A stretch of DNA of 64,000 nucleotides from Longimicrobiales bacterium (GCA_965202805.1 OZ241869.1:192001-256000); one strand, 5' to 3'. Positions 8,598 to 18,449 are shown, counted from the first letter of the stretch. Made by a program: numbers and translations. The notes: generated by a model from the letters alone, not told the origin.

Positions 8598-10444
8598 CCC
8601 CGCCCGCCCGCCCCATCCAGGTGCTGCCGGACTCGGTGGCCAACCAGATCGCCGCCGGCGAGGTGGTCGAGCGCCCGGCGTCGGTCGTAAAGGAGCTGGT
8701 GGAGAACGCCCTGGACGCCGGTGCCGCGCACATCCGGGTCGAGGTGGAGCGGGGCGGGAGGCAGCGCATCCGGGTGATCGACGACGGGGTCGGGATGGGG
8801 CGCCAGGATGCGATCATGTGCCTCGAGCGCCACGCCACCAGCAAGATCACGAACGCCCGGGAGCTGCGCGGGGTCGCGAGCTTCGGCTTCCGCGGGGAGG
8901 CACTGCCCTCGATCGCGGCCGTATCGCGCCTGACCCTCGAGACCTGCGACGAGTCGGGCGCGGGCACCCGCATTCGGGCGACCGGCGGGACGATTGTCAG
9001 CGTGGACGATCACGCGCGCGCCCGCGGAACCACCCTTGAGGCGGCGAACCTCTTCTTCAATGCACCCGCCCGGCGGAGCTTCCTCAAGAGCGCATCCACG
9101 GAGACCCGGGTGGTGGCCGCCGAGCTCACCTCGCTCGCCCTGGCCCACCCCGGGGTCGCGTTCACCCTGGCCTCCGATGGACGCGCGCTCATCGACCTGC
9201 CCGCCGACCCCGGCCCCGCCCGGCGGGTCGGCCGGCTGTGGGGCGCCGACGCCCGGACCTCCATGTTCTCGTTTGCGGGGGAGGGCAGGATCGGGCGGGT
9301 GAGCGGCCTCCTGCAACGCCCCGACCAGGCGCGTCCCGGCCCGCGCCGCACCTACCTCTTCGTGGCTGGCCGGCCGTTCCGGGACAAGGGCCTGAGGGAA
9401 GCCGTGCGCCGGGCCTACCGCACCACCATTCGCGAGGCCGAGCGTCCGTGGTTCTTCCTCTACCTCGACCTGCCCGGCGGCCAGGTCGATGTGAACGTGC
9501 ACCCCGCCAAGCTGGAGGTGCGCTTCCGCGACCGGACCGCGGTGGAGGGCTTCATCGAGGAAGAGGTCCGGCGTGCGCTCGCCGGGGAGGAGAGCGCCGC
9601 CACGCTGGACTCCGCGACTGCCGGGGACACGGGTGCGGCATCGAGGACCGGGGACCGTGCACCCGGATCGTTCCCCGGGCCGACCAATGGCGAAGGCGCA
9701 CCGGCCGACCGGGTGCGCGAGTCGGCGCAATACGCGCCCGGGACGGCGGGCCGGTCCTCCGATTCATCCTCCGATCCCGGCAAGGCGCAGATCGCGCTCT
9801 TCGCGAGTGGAGCGCCGGCGGCTGCCGATGCAGCCGTACCCGTCACGGCGGCCGAGGAAGTCCCCGTCGAACCGGCGCGCCTCTGGCAGCTGCACGGGAC
9901 CTACATCCTCGCCGAGGTGCGCGGGGGGATGATGATGATCGACCAGCACTCGGCCCACGAGCGCATCCTCTTCCAGGAGCTGATGGAAGCGTTCGGCAAG
10001 GGTGGACAGCCCGGCCAGCGGCTGCTCTTCCCGATCACGATGACGCTGCCGCCCGCCGAGTATCAGCACATCGAGCCGCTGTTCGGCATGCTCCGCCGGG
10101 CGGGCTTCGAAGTCGACGGTTTCGGGGGCAACGCGATCATCGTGCACGCGGTTCCCAACCCGCATCCGTACTTCGACGCCGAGCGCTGTCTGCGCGAGAT
10201 GATCGGCGAGCTGACCCACGGATCGGAGCTGTTGCGCGCCGCCCGCAACCAGCACGAGCGCATCGCCATGACCTTCGCCTGCAAGGGTGCCATCAAGGCG
10301 GGCCGGCAGTTGTCGCAGGAGGAGATGCGGGAGCTGATCGACCGCCTCTTCGCCACCGATCTCCCGCACCACGACGTGCACGGCCGTCCGACCGCCGTGC
10401 GCCTGTCCCTGTCGGAGCTGGAGCGCCGCTTTGGCCGCACCTGA
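8594..10444 (+). CDS. mutL: DNA mismatch repair endonuclease MutL
   Basis: NQIAAGEVVERPASVVKELVENALDA, GFRGEAL, DVNVHPAK, DQHSAHER, ACKGAIK, HGRP. Confidence 0.97.
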   Translation: MTPPARPIQVLPDSVANQIAAGEVVERPASVVKELVENALDAGAAHIRVEVERGGRQRIRVIDDGVGMGRQDAIMCLERHATSKITNARELRGVASFGFRGEALPSIAAVSRLTLETCDESGAGTRIRATGGTIVSVDDHARARGTTLEAANLFFNAPARRSFLKSASTETRVVAAELTSLALAHPGVAFTLASDGRALIDLPADPGPARRVGRLWGADARTSMFSFAGEGRIGRVSGLLQRPDQARPGPRRTYLFVAGRPFRDKGLREAVRRAYRTTIREAERPWFFLYLDLPGGQVDVNVHPAKLEVRFRDRTAVEGFIEEEVRRALAGEESAATLDSATAGDTGAASRTGDRAPGSFPGPTNGEGAPADRVRESAQYAPGTAGRSSDSSSDPGKAQIALFASGAPAAADAAVPVTAAEEVPVEPARLWQLHGTYILAEVRGGMMMIDQHSAHERILFQELMEAFGKGGQPGQRLLFPITMTLPPAEYQHIEPLFGMLRRAGFEVDGFGGNAIIVHAVPNPHPYFDAERCLREMIGELTHGSELLRAARNQHERIAMTFACKGAIKAGRQLSQEEMRELIDRLFATDLPHHDVHGRPTAVRLSLSELERRFGRT

Positions 10445-11492
10445 CTTCCTCGCCATCACGGGCGCCACCGCCACGGGCAAGACCGCGCTCTCGCTCGCGG
10501 TGGCCGAAGCGCTGGACGGCGAGGTCATCTCCATGGACTCGCGTCAGATCTACCGCAGCATGGATATCGGCACCGACAAGGTCGCCGCGGGCATCCGCGC
10601 CCGGGTCCCGCATCACGGCATCGACATCCGGGATCCGGACGAGTCCTACAGCGCCGGCGAGTTCGCTCGCGACGCCGCCCGCTGGATGAGCGGGATCCGG
10701 GCGCGCGGCCGTGTGCCGGTACTGGCGGGCGGCACCGGCTTCTTTCTGAAGGCGCTGGTGGAACCTCTGTTCGAGGAGCCGCCGCTGGATCCCGGACGGG
10801 TGGAGCGCCTGCGCCGGTATCTGGGGCAACGCGGGATGGAAGAGCTTGAGCGCTGGGTACGGGTCCTGGATCCGGAGCGAGCCCGCCTCGCGGTCGCGGG
10901 CGGGATGCAGCGCATCGAGCGCACCCTCGAAGTGACCCTGCTCACGGGCCGTCCGCTGTCCTGGTGGCACCAGACGGGGCAGAGGAAGGCTCCCGCCGCG
11001 GAGGCGATGGTCGTGGTGCTGGAGGTGCCGCGCGAGGAGCTCTACCGCCGCATCAACGCGCGGGTGGGCACCATGGCCGAGCGGGGACTGATCGAGGAGG
11101 TCCGCGTCCTCGCCGCTCGAGGCTACGGCCGGGGCGATCCCGGGATGACCGGCACCGGCTATCGCGAGATCCTCGAGTACCTGGAGGGACGCCTGAGCCT
11201 CGAGGACGCCCTGGACGCGACCCGGCGCGCCACCCGGCGCTACGCGCGCCGCCAGCTCACCTGGTTCCGCAACCAGCTGCCCCCCGATTCCATCAGGATC
11301 GACGGCATGCAGCCACCTGAAGCTCAGTGTGGCGAGGTGCTGGAAGCGTGGCGGGCGCGCGGCCGCGATGATGTGCCGCCGGACGAAGCGCACCGTGGGG
11401 TGTCAGGACGAGACGAGGCGCACGGTGGGGTGTCAGGACGAGACGAGGGCGGAAGCATGAAGATCGGGGTCGGGGAGCCGGCGGCCTCGTGA
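10431..11492 (+). CDS. miaA: tRNA dimethylallyltransferase
   Basis: GATATGKT, DSRQIY, DIGTDK, GGTGFF, TRRYARRQLTWFR; C-terminal repeat extension. Confidence 0.95.
   Translation: MAAPDFLAITGATATGKTALSLAVAEALDGEVISMDSRQIYRSMDIGTDKVAAGIRARVPHHGIDIRDPDESYSAGEFARDAARWMSGIRARGRVPVLAGGTGFFLKALVEPLFEEPPLDPGRVERLRRYLGQRGMEELERWVRVLDPERARLAVAGGMQRIERTLEVTLLTGRPLSWWHQTGQRKAPAAEAMVVVLEVPREELYRRINARVGTMAERGLIEEVRVLAARGYGRGDPGMTGTGYREILEYLEGRLSLEDALDATRRATRRYARRQLTWFRNQLPPDSIRIDGMQPPEAQCGEVLEAWRARGRDDVPPDEAHRGVSGRDEAHGGVSGRDEGGSMKIGVGEPAAS
11382..11448 (+). repeat. 30-bp tandem repeat (about 2.2 copies) in the miaA 3' end
   Basis: gacgaagcgcaccgtggggtgtcaggacga / gacgaggcgcacggtggggtgtcaggacga / gacgagg, encoding DEAHRGVSGR DEAHGGVSGR DE. 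Confidence 0.9.
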
Positions 11493-12307
11493 CCACCTGG
11501 GAAGCCCTGGTACTGGGCGTGGTTCAGGGTTTCACCGAATTCCTCCCGGTCTCGAGCTCCGGGCACCTGGTCGCAGGCCAGGCCTTGCTCGGGATCGAGC
11601 TTCCAGGCGTGGCATTCGAGGTTGCGGTCCACTTTGCGACGCTGGTGTCGGTGCTGGTCGCATACCGGAGGCGCGTGGGCGCGCTGATGCACGGATCGGT
11701 CCGGCTGGATCCCGGCACCTGGCGCTATCTCGGGCTGATCGCGCTCGCCAACGTCCCGGCGGCAGCGACCTACTTCGTCCTGGGGGATGTCGTGGAAGCG
11801 GCGTTCGAGACGCCGGCCGCGGCGGGCGTGGCTTTTCTGGTGACCGGCGGCGTGCTGTGGAGTGCGCGTGCGGCGGTGCGCCGGGGGGTGCCGCGGAAGG
11901 AGCCGGACGCGCCCGGGCCGTTTCCGGGCGTTCGCGGACCGGGCGTTGCGATGCTCATCGGGGTCGCCCAGGCGCTTGCCCTCTTCCCCGGCATCTCGCG
12001 CTCTGGCTCTACCGTGGTGACGGCGCTCTGGCTGGGCGTCGAGTCCGACGACGCGGCCGAGTTCTCCTTCCTGATGTCGGTGCCCGCCATCCTCGGAGCC
12101 ACCCTTCTCCAGCTCGTGGACGCCGGCACCGCGGCCTTCGTCCCCGGCGCGGCGCCGCTCGTCTTCGGGGCGGTGGCGGCCGCTGCGACGGGCCTGCTCG
12201 CGATCAGGATCTTCCTGACCGTGCTGCGCGCCCGCTCGTTCCACCGATTCGCCCTGTATCCGTGGATGCTGGGGCTGCTCTTCCTGGGGTACCTGTGGAT
12301 CGCGTAG
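11489..12307 (+). CDS. uppP: Undecaprenyl-diphosphate phosphatase
   Basis: LGVVQGFTEFLPVSSSGHL, PGISRSGST, AAEFSFLMSVPAILGA. Confidence 0.95.
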   Translation: MTTWEALVLGVVQGFTEFLPVSSSGHLVAGQALLGIELPGVAFEVAVHFATLVSVLVAYRRRVGALMHGSVRLDPGTWRYLGLIALANVPAAATYFVLGDVVEAAFETPAAAGVAFLVTGGVLWSARAAVRRGVPRKEPDAPGPFPGVRGPGVAMLIGVAQALALFPGISRSGSTVVTALWLGVESDDAAEFSFLMSVPAILGATLLQLVDAGTAAFVPGAAPLVFGAVAAAATGLLAIRIFLTVLRARSFHRFALYPWMLGLLFLGYLWIA

Positions 12308-12369
12308 GGGAGCGGTCGGGCGCGCAACCCGCCGCCGGCCGCTCGGCGTCACGCACGGACGACCGCGGC

Positions 12370-13233
12370 ATGCCGGTTGCGCACACCGGCGGCTCCGGCT
12401 CCCGGGGCTGGGAGGGCGAGCCGGTCGCCCGCTGGGCCGCGCGGTGGGGTGTTCCACTCCTCGAGGCGCACGCTCGCCTCGGCTCCACCAACGACCGTGC
12501 CCGCAGCCTCGCCCGCGCGGGCGCGCCCTCCTTCTCGGTGGTCATCGCGGACGAACAGACCCGCGGGCGGGGCAGGGAAGGGCGGCGGTGGCTTTCCCCG
12601 CCCGGCTGCGGGCTCTGGATGACCGTGGTGCTCGCCGGGCGCCCATCCGGGCATGCCACCGTCCCGCTCCTGACCGGCATCGCGGCCGCACGCGCCATCG
12701 AGGACGTCTGCCCGGATTTGCGGGCGGAGATCGAGTGGCCCAACGATCTTGTCGTCGCGGGGCGCAAGGTCGGCGGCATCCTGTGCGAATCCTGGGACGG
12801 CGGCGCCGGGAGCCGGGGCATGGCGATCGGAACGGGCATCAACATCTCGCAGCGGGCGGCGGACTTCCCGCCGGAACTCCGCGACCGCGCCGCGTCCCTG
12901 CTCGCAATGGGGGCACCCCCGGTGTCGAGGCCTGCCCTGGCAGGGGCGCTGCTCGCCCGGATGCGGGACTTGCTCATCCCGGGACCGGCCCCGCTGGAGG
13001 GCGCGCTGCACCGGGAACTGACCCGGCGCGACGCCCTCATGGACCGCGCCGTAGTGCTCGGGAGCGGCGCGACCGGAACGGCCCGCGGAATCAACTCCGA
13101 AGGCGCGCTCCTGTTCGAGGAACCCGGAGGCGGAATGCGCGAGATTCGTTCAGGCAGCGTCCGCCCGCTACCGTGTCCGCGATCCCATCCGGCCCCCGGC
13201 CGCCGGGAAGCGGCCCGTTCGTCCACGGCCTGA
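12370..13233 (+). CDS. birA: Biotin--[acetyl-CoA-carboxylase] ligase (no N-terminal HTH; start uncertain)
   Basis: GSTND, ADEQTRGRGREGRRW, EWPNDL, RKVGGILCE, GTGIN. Confidence 0.9.
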   Translation: MPVAHTGGSGSRGWEGEPVARWAARWGVPLLEAHARLGSTNDRARSLARAGAPSFSVVIADEQTRGRGREGRRWLSPPGCGLWMTVVLAGRPSGHATVPLLTGIAAARAIEDVCPDLRAEIEWPNDLVVAGRKVGGILCESWDGGAGSRGMAIGTGINISQRAADFPPELRDRAASLLAMGAPPVSRPALAGALLARMRDLLIPGPAPLEGALHRELTRRDALMDRAVVLGSGATGTARGINSEGALLFEEPGGGMREIRSGSVRPLPCPRSHPAPGRREAARSSTA

Positions 13234-13312
13234 CACCGACATCACCAACCCGGGAAGCACCGTTCTCCGCTCCCGGACGTGCATCGCCAGAAACCACCCG
13301 AGGAACCACGAC

Positions 13313-14104
13313 ATGCATCTGGTACTGGATGTGGGCAACACCGAAACCGTTCTCGCCCTCTTCGCCCCCGGGCAGGAAGGGGTCGCGGGTCGCTGGCGGG
13401 TGAGCACCCATGTGCCGCGCACCCCCGACGAGTATGTGCTGCTGCTCGGCGCGCTGCTCCGCTCGGCCGGACACGATCCCGACGCCCTCAGACGCGTGGT
13501 GCTGGGCTCGGTGGTTCCTTCCGCCTCCGATGTCCTGAGAGAAGCCGCGGCCCGGCTGGGCTCCGCGGAGCTCGTGGTCATCGACGCGTCGACTCCGCTG
13601 CCGATCGTCCTGGACGTGGAGGAACCGCGCACGGTGGGCGCCGACCGAATCGCCAATACCATGGCGGCCTCCCGCCTCTTCGGGTGCGACTGCATCGTCG
13701 TCGATCTGGGCACCGCCACTACCTACGACTGCATCACCGCCGACGGGCGCTTCCAGGGCGGCGTCATCGCCCCGGGGCTCATGTCCGGCAAGGAGTGGCT
13801 CGCGGCCCGGACCGCCAAGCTTCCGCCCGTCGAGTTCATCCCCCCGCGACAGGTCATCGGCAAACGAACCGAAACCTGCATCCACTCCGGCATCTTCTTC
13901 ACCACCATGGACGCAATCGCGGGGATGATCGAGCGGGTGCGAACGGAATGGGACGTTCCCGACCCCATGGTCGTGGGCACCGGCGGCTTCTCTCCCCTGG
14001 TCGCGGAGCACGTGCCCGCCTTCGACCACGTGGACCCGCTGCTGACGCTGATCGGGCTGGAGTTGGCAGGGGCGTACGTGGCGGAACATTCGGGGCAGCG
14101 CTGA
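13313..14104 (+). CDS. coaX: Type III pantothenate kinase
   Basis: LDVGNT, VGADR, VDLGTATT, GGVIAPG, GTGG. Confidence 0.95.
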   Translation: MHLVLDVGNTETVLALFAPGQEGVAGRWRVSTHVPRTPDEYVLLLGALLRSAGHDPDALRRVVLGSVVPSASDVLREAAARLGSAELVVIDASTPLPIVLDVEEPRTVGADRIANTMAASRLFGCDCIVVDLGTATTYDCITADGRFQGGVIAPGLMSGKEWLAARTAKLPPVEFIPPRQVIGKRTETCIHSGIFFTTMDAIAGMIERVRTEWDVPDPMVVGTGGFSPLVAEHVPAFDHVDPLLTLIGLELAGAYVAEHSGQR

Positions 14105-14167
14105 ACGCACCGGGCATCCGTGTCGCTTCAAAAGCCATGGCGCGCACGTTCGAACTCCCTCCCGCCC

Positions 14168-14215
14168 CCCTCTTTTGTCCGCCACTATTATCATTTTCTG
14201 GCAAACAAAAGAGGG
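14168..14215. promoter_or_regulatory. AT-rich inverted repeat upstream of the Fic gene (candidate operator)
   Basis: ccctcttttgtccgcca-N14-tggcaaacaaaagaggg: 17-bp arms with 2 mismatches around an AT-rich spacer. Confidence 0.6.
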
Positions 14216-14297
14216 TTTCGCAGGGAACGCAACTCAGCCCGCGAACCGGAGACGCCCAACACCGTCGCGACGCCCACCGCTGGAGGTGCTCGAACCC

Positions 14298-15425
14298 ATG
14301 TCCCCCGTCCACTACCGGAGCGAAGGCTTCCCGCCCGAAGGCCGCCTCGACTGGCGCCGACTGGCACCGCTGATCGGGCCGGCGGCGGCTGCCATCGCCA
14401 GATACGACTGCGTGCTCGCCCGGATCCCGAATCCGCGCGCACTGCTGGCCGGCCTCCACGTCCGCGAAGCCGTATGGTCGTCGCGCGTCGAAAACATCTT
14501 TACGAGCGTGACCGATGTGCTCGAGATGCGCGCCGGGCTGGTCCCGACGAACCCGTATGCCAGCGACGACGCTCACGAAGTCGTCTGCCATCTCGCGGCC
14601 GAGCGGCAGGTAAGGGAGATGGTCGACGAGCTGCCGCTCTCGCTTCGCGTCATCCGCAAGGCGCATGCCCTGCTCCTCGCAGGTGCCCGTGGCTGGAACA
14701 AATCCCCTGGTACGTTCCGACGCGCGCCCGTCTGGATCGGCGCACCGGGTTCGACTCAGGAGACCGCCACCTTCGTCCCGGCACCTGCGAGCCAGGTTCC
14801 CGACGCGATGAGCGCGTGGGAGCGCTACATCCACGCCGACGCCCGCGACAGGCTCGTCCAGATCGCCGTCCAGCACGCCGAGTTCGAGGCGATCCATCCC
14901 TTCCTGGATGGCAATGGGCGGATGGGGCGCATGCTGATCCCCGTTCTCATGCACCAATACGGCCTCATCAGCACTCCGGTCTTCGGACTGAGCGTCCGCA
15001 TCGCCGCGCGCCGCAGCTTCTACTACGACGGGCTCCTCGGCGTCTCCCGCGACGATGACTGGACGGGTTGGTGCCTGTATGCGCTCGACGCGATGCGGAA
15101 TCAGGCGCGGGAGGGGGTGACGGTCGTCGAGGCGATCCTGGCTTTGAGGACCGAGGTAGAGGCTGCGCTGACGAACCGGGCCCGCGCCCACCATCTCGCG
15201 CCGGCATTGGACCGGCTCTTCGCGTACCCCGTCTTCCGGGTCAGCGACTTCGTGTCCGTCGGCGATATCCCGCCGCGCACCGCACGCCGGCTGCTGTGGC
15301 AGCTGCGCTACGCGGGGGTGCTGGAGGAGGCCGCCCCCGCCAGCGGCAGTCGTTCCGCCGTGCTCGGATTCCCGCGGCTGCTCGAGATTCTGGAGGCCGG
15401 TGAACAATTCCCGACCGCGCGATAG
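14298..15425 (+). CDS. Fic family protein with N-terminal inhibitory helix and C-terminal HTH-like region
   Basis: HPFLDGNGRMGR Fic motif; SSRVEN fits the (S/T)xxxE(G/N) inhibitory motif; GGAGG upstream of the ATG. Confidence 0.9.
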   Translation: MSPVHYRSEGFPPEGRLDWRRLAPLIGPAAAAIARYDCVLARIPNPRALLAGLHVREAVWSSRVENIFTSVTDVLEMRAGLVPTNPYASDDAHEVVCHLAAERQVREMVDELPLSLRVIRKAHALLLAGARGWNKSPGTFRRAPVWIGAPGSTQETATFVPAPASQVPDAMSAWERYIHADARDRLVQIAVQHAEFEAIHPFLDGNGRMGRMLIPVLMHQYGLISTPVFGLSVRIAARRSFYYDGLLGVSRDDDWTGWCLYALDAMRNQAREGVTVVEAILALRTEVEAALTNRARAHHLAPALDRLFAYPVFRVSDFVSVGDIPPRTARRLLWQLRYAGVLEEAAPASGSRSAVLGFPRLLEILEAGEQFPTAR

Positions 15426-15560
15426 CGCCGGCTGTCGCATGATCCTCGGGATCTTCGAGCCCAGCCGGCAGCCGGAGCCGCACCAGGGCCGACTTGCGGG
15501 GTAATGCCCATGGAGCGTGACCTGTTACCCCAAGCCAACTCTTGACCAGGGGAGAGGGCC

Positions 15561-16766
15561 ATGAGGAGACCTGAGCCGTGGCGGGCCGGACCCGCCTGCA
15601 CCGTAGCGGTGCCCATTGTGGCGTTGGTTGTGACTTTCGCCTGTGGCGGCGATGACGAGACGGTGCCCACCGAGCCTCCGGAGCCGCCCGTCGCCACAAA
15701 CATCAGCATTTCGCCGGCTTCCGCGGACTTCTCGTCGTTCGGCGAGACGCTCCAGCTGACCGCGGCGGTTCTCGACCAGAACGGCCAGTCGATGGCGGGC
15801 GCGTCCGTCGGCTGGGCCATCAGCGACAATTCGGTCGCGACCGTGAGCGGAAACGGACTGGTCACCGCCGTCCGGAACGGAAGCACCACCGTCACGGCCA
15901 CATCGGGCTCCGCGGCCGGGACCGCCTCCGTCACCGTCGCCCAGCGGACCGCCCGCGTGGACGTATCCCCGGATGCCCACACCCTCTCCGCCATCGGCGA
16001 CTCCGTTCAGCTCGCCGCCGCGCCCTTCGACGCCAACGACAATGCCGTCGAAGACGCAACCATCACGTGGTCCTCGGAAGACGACGCCGTCGCGACCGTC
16101 GACGACAACGGCCTGGTCACCGCGGCCGGAAACGGCACTGCGAACATCACCGCTCAAGCGGACGCAGCCGCCGGCGCCGCGGCGGTCACGGTCTCGCAGG
16201 TGATCGTCGAGATGGACGTGGTGCCGTCCGCGACGACGCTCTTCTCGCTGGGCGATACCCTCCGGCTGGTTGCGACCGGTGTCGACGCCAACGGCCACCA
16301 CGGCTCGGCCCTGGCGGTCACCTGGATGTCCGAACACGCCGCCGTCGCGACCGTCGATTCGACGGGACTGGTCACGGCCGTGCGTACCGGCAGCACGGAC
16401 GTGTTCGCGACCACCGGCGAACTGCGCGATTCCGCGGGCGTGACGGTCGCGCAGCTTGCAACGGAGGTGCGCGTGACCCCGGCAGTCGACACCCTCGTGG
16501 TCGGCGGCACCGTGCGCCTGAGCGCCGTCGCCCTCGACGCGAACGGACACGAGGTCGAGGACACCGACTACGTCTGGTCCACGCTCAGCTCGTCGGTGGT
16601 GACGGTCGACGACAGCGGCCTGGTCACCGCCGCCGGGCCGGGAACGGGAGCGATCCAGGTCAAGGCGACGCGCGCCGGTGCGAACTACGTCGGCACGGCC
16701 ACGATTACGGTGCTTGCATCAGCGGGCGCGGGACGTGCCGCCGCCCCGGGAAGCCGTGACCCTTGA
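15561..16766 (+). CDS. Lipoprotein with four Big_2 Ig-like domains and no catalytic tip
   Basis: FAC lipobox, PTEPPEPP linker, four ~85-aa repeats (W...VATV...GLVTA...G...T). Confidence 0.85.
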   Translation: MRRPEPWRAGPACTVAVPIVALVVTFACGGDDETVPTEPPEPPVATNISISPASADFSSFGETLQLTAAVLDQNGQSMAGASVGWAISDNSVATVSGNGLVTAVRNGSTTVTATSGSAAGTASVTVAQRTARVDVSPDAHTLSAIGDSVQLAAAPFDANDNAVEDATITWSSEDDAVATVDDNGLVTAAGNGTANITAQADAAAGAAAVTVSQVIVEMDVVPSATTLFSLGDTLRLVATGVDANGHHGSALAVTWMSEHAAVATVDSTGLVTAVRTGSTDVFATTGELRDSAGVTVAQLATEVRVTPAVDTLVVGGTVRLSAVALDANGHEVEDTDYVWSTLSSSVVTVDDSGLVTAAGPGTGAIQVKATRAGANYVGTATITVLASAGAGRAAAPGSRDP

Positions 16767-16806
16767 CAAGGCCGTCCGCGGGGACAAGCCCTTAGCGATG
16801 GCCATC

Positions 16807-16875
16807 ATGATACAAGTCAACATACAGGACGTGATGTCCCGGCCGGCGTGCCCGGGGCTGCCGGCTTCCCGTTGA
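16807..16875 (+). pseudogene. 22-aa ORF, possible Phd/YefM antitoxin N-terminal remnant, coupled to the next gene
   Basis: MIQVNIQDVMSR resembles the MxxVNIHEAK start of Phd/YefM antitoxins; its TGA overlaps the TTG at 16872; upstream TTGACA and palindrome GATGGCCATC. Confidence 0.35.
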
Positions 16876-18449
16876 CCCACCAGGAGCTCCTCGACCTGAT
16901 CGCCGAAGGCGAGGGTCCCGGGATCGAGTTCCAGCGCTCGCTCGGCCGAGACCTCGGGCGGGAGCTGTGCGCGTTCGCGAACGGAGATGGCGGGACGGTT
17001 CTGCTCGGCGTGTCCAAGTCCGGGGAAGTGGTCGGCGTCGGGAACCATCGCCGGACCCGCGTCAAGGTGCTTACCGTTGCCCGGTCGTCAGATCCGCCGA
17101 TCGTGGTGGAACTCCATAGCGTGGGCGAGGTGATGTGCGTGACCGTCCCGGCCCAGAAGTACAAGCCCTATTCCATCGGATGGCGCGCCTTCGTGCGCGA
17201 GGGAAGCGGCAGTCGGCGACTGACCAAAGCGGAGATCAAGGATCTCTACTACGCCGTCGGGCGCGCGCACTTCGACAAGGAGCCCTGCGAGGCCTTCTCG
17301 ATGAAGACCCATCTCGAGGCCGACCTCTGGGAGCGGTTCATCGGCCGGGCGAGGATTCCGGAAGCCATGCAGACGATCCTGGCGCTGCGCAACCTCGGCC
17401 TGGTCGACAACGAAGACCGGATGACCTACGCCGGCGCGTGGCTGCTCGCCCGGGACATCCGTCAATTCACGGAGGGCGCGTACGTATCCTGCGCTCTTTT
17501 TCGGGGAATCGAGGAGGCGGGAAGCCTCGAGCGGCAGGACTTCCACGCCTCGCTCCCGGAGATCGCGGACGAAGTGCTGACGTGGGTCCTGCGCAGAATC
17601 AACACCCAGTTCACGATCTGGGGTGAAGACGCCGAAGGGCGGCCCGAATTACCCGGGGAGGCCTTGCGCGAAGCGCTTGCGAACGCGATTGCCCACCGTG
17701 ACTACCGTTCCCGCAGCCAGGTGCAGGTACACGTCTTCAAGGACCGCGTCGAGATCACCAGCCCGGGTGGCCTGCCCGAGGGCATGAACGAGGCCGATCT
17801 GGGGACCAAGAGCGTTCCCCGCAATCCGCTGCTCTACGGCATGCTCGCCCGCATGGGCCTGGTGACAGGAATCGGTTCCGGCATGCGGCGCATGAAGTCG
17901 CTTTGCCGGGAGTACGGCGTCGAGGAACCCCGGATAGAGGTTTCCGGAAACCGGGTGACCACCAGCTTCAGGCGTCCCCCCGCCATCCGGCTTCAGCCGC
18001 CGACGATTGGCGACGAGCAACTCTCTACCATACAGGACAGCCTGTTTGCCATGCAGGATTCCGGGAAGATGGCTCCGGAGGGACCCGTCGATGAGGTGGA
18101 CCATGCAGGGCCGCAGACTGAAGGGCCCGGGTATCGTGCAGGATTCATGCAAGACTGGGAGGGGAACACCACGGTTCAGGTCCGGGAGCTGGTAAGGGTG
18201 CTGGATCGCGATCGATCCCGCGTGCAGATTCTCGAAGCTCTTGGCCTCAGAAACCGGAGCAACCTGGTGGTCAACTACCTGCGTCCGGCACTGGACGACG
18301 GCCTCGTCGAGATGACGATCCCGGACAAGCCCACGAGCGGCAGGCAGAGGTATCGGCTCACTCCCATGGGGCTTGAATTGCGGGCGGCGCTGGAAGAGGA
18401 TGCGCGCGCCCGGCGGGCCGGCGTTCTCGCGCCGCATGGCGCCGGGTGA
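16872..18449 (+). CDS. Schlafen/AlbA_2 domain plus RecG-C-terminal-like (HATPase_c_4) domain and winged HTH
   Basis: GEGPGIEF...LCAFANGDGGTVLLGV; REALANAIAHRDY; EITSPGGL; SVPRNP; GSGMRRM; GLVEMTIPDKPTSGRQRYRLT. Confidence 0.85.
   Translation: MTHQELLDLIAEGEGPGIEFQRSLGRDLGRELCAFANGDGGTVLLGVSKSGEVVGVGNHRRTRVKVLTVARSSDPPIVVELHSVGEVMCVTVPAQKYKPYSIGWRAFVREGSGSRRLTKAEIKDLYYAVGRAHFDKEPCEAFSMKTHLEADLWERFIGRARIPEAMQTILALRNLGLVDNEDRMTYAGAWLLARDIRQFTEGAYVSCALFRGIEEAGSLERQDFHASLPEIADEVLTWVLRRINTQFTIWGEDAEGRPELPGEALREALANAIAHRDYRSRSQVQVHVFKDRVEITSPGGLPEGMNEADLGTKSVPRNPLLYGMLARMGLVTGIGSGMRRMKSLCREYGVEEPRIEVSGNRVTTSFRRPPAIRLQPPTIGDEQLSTIQDSLFAMQDSGKMAPEGPVDEVDHAGPQTEGPGYRAGFMQDWEGNTTVQVRELVRVLDRDRSRVQILEALGLRNRSNLVVNYLRPALDDGLVEMTIPDKPTSGRQRYRLTPMGLELRAALEEDARARRAGVLAPHGAG

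Noticed and set aside
11382..11448. 30-bp repeats as a mini-CRISPR
   Set aside because: Contiguous, no spacers, in frame within miaA, and no cas genes nearby.
15497..15531. ggggtaa/ttacccc inverted repeat before the Ig lipoprotein gene
   Set aside because: Only 7-bp arms and not found before the other family members.
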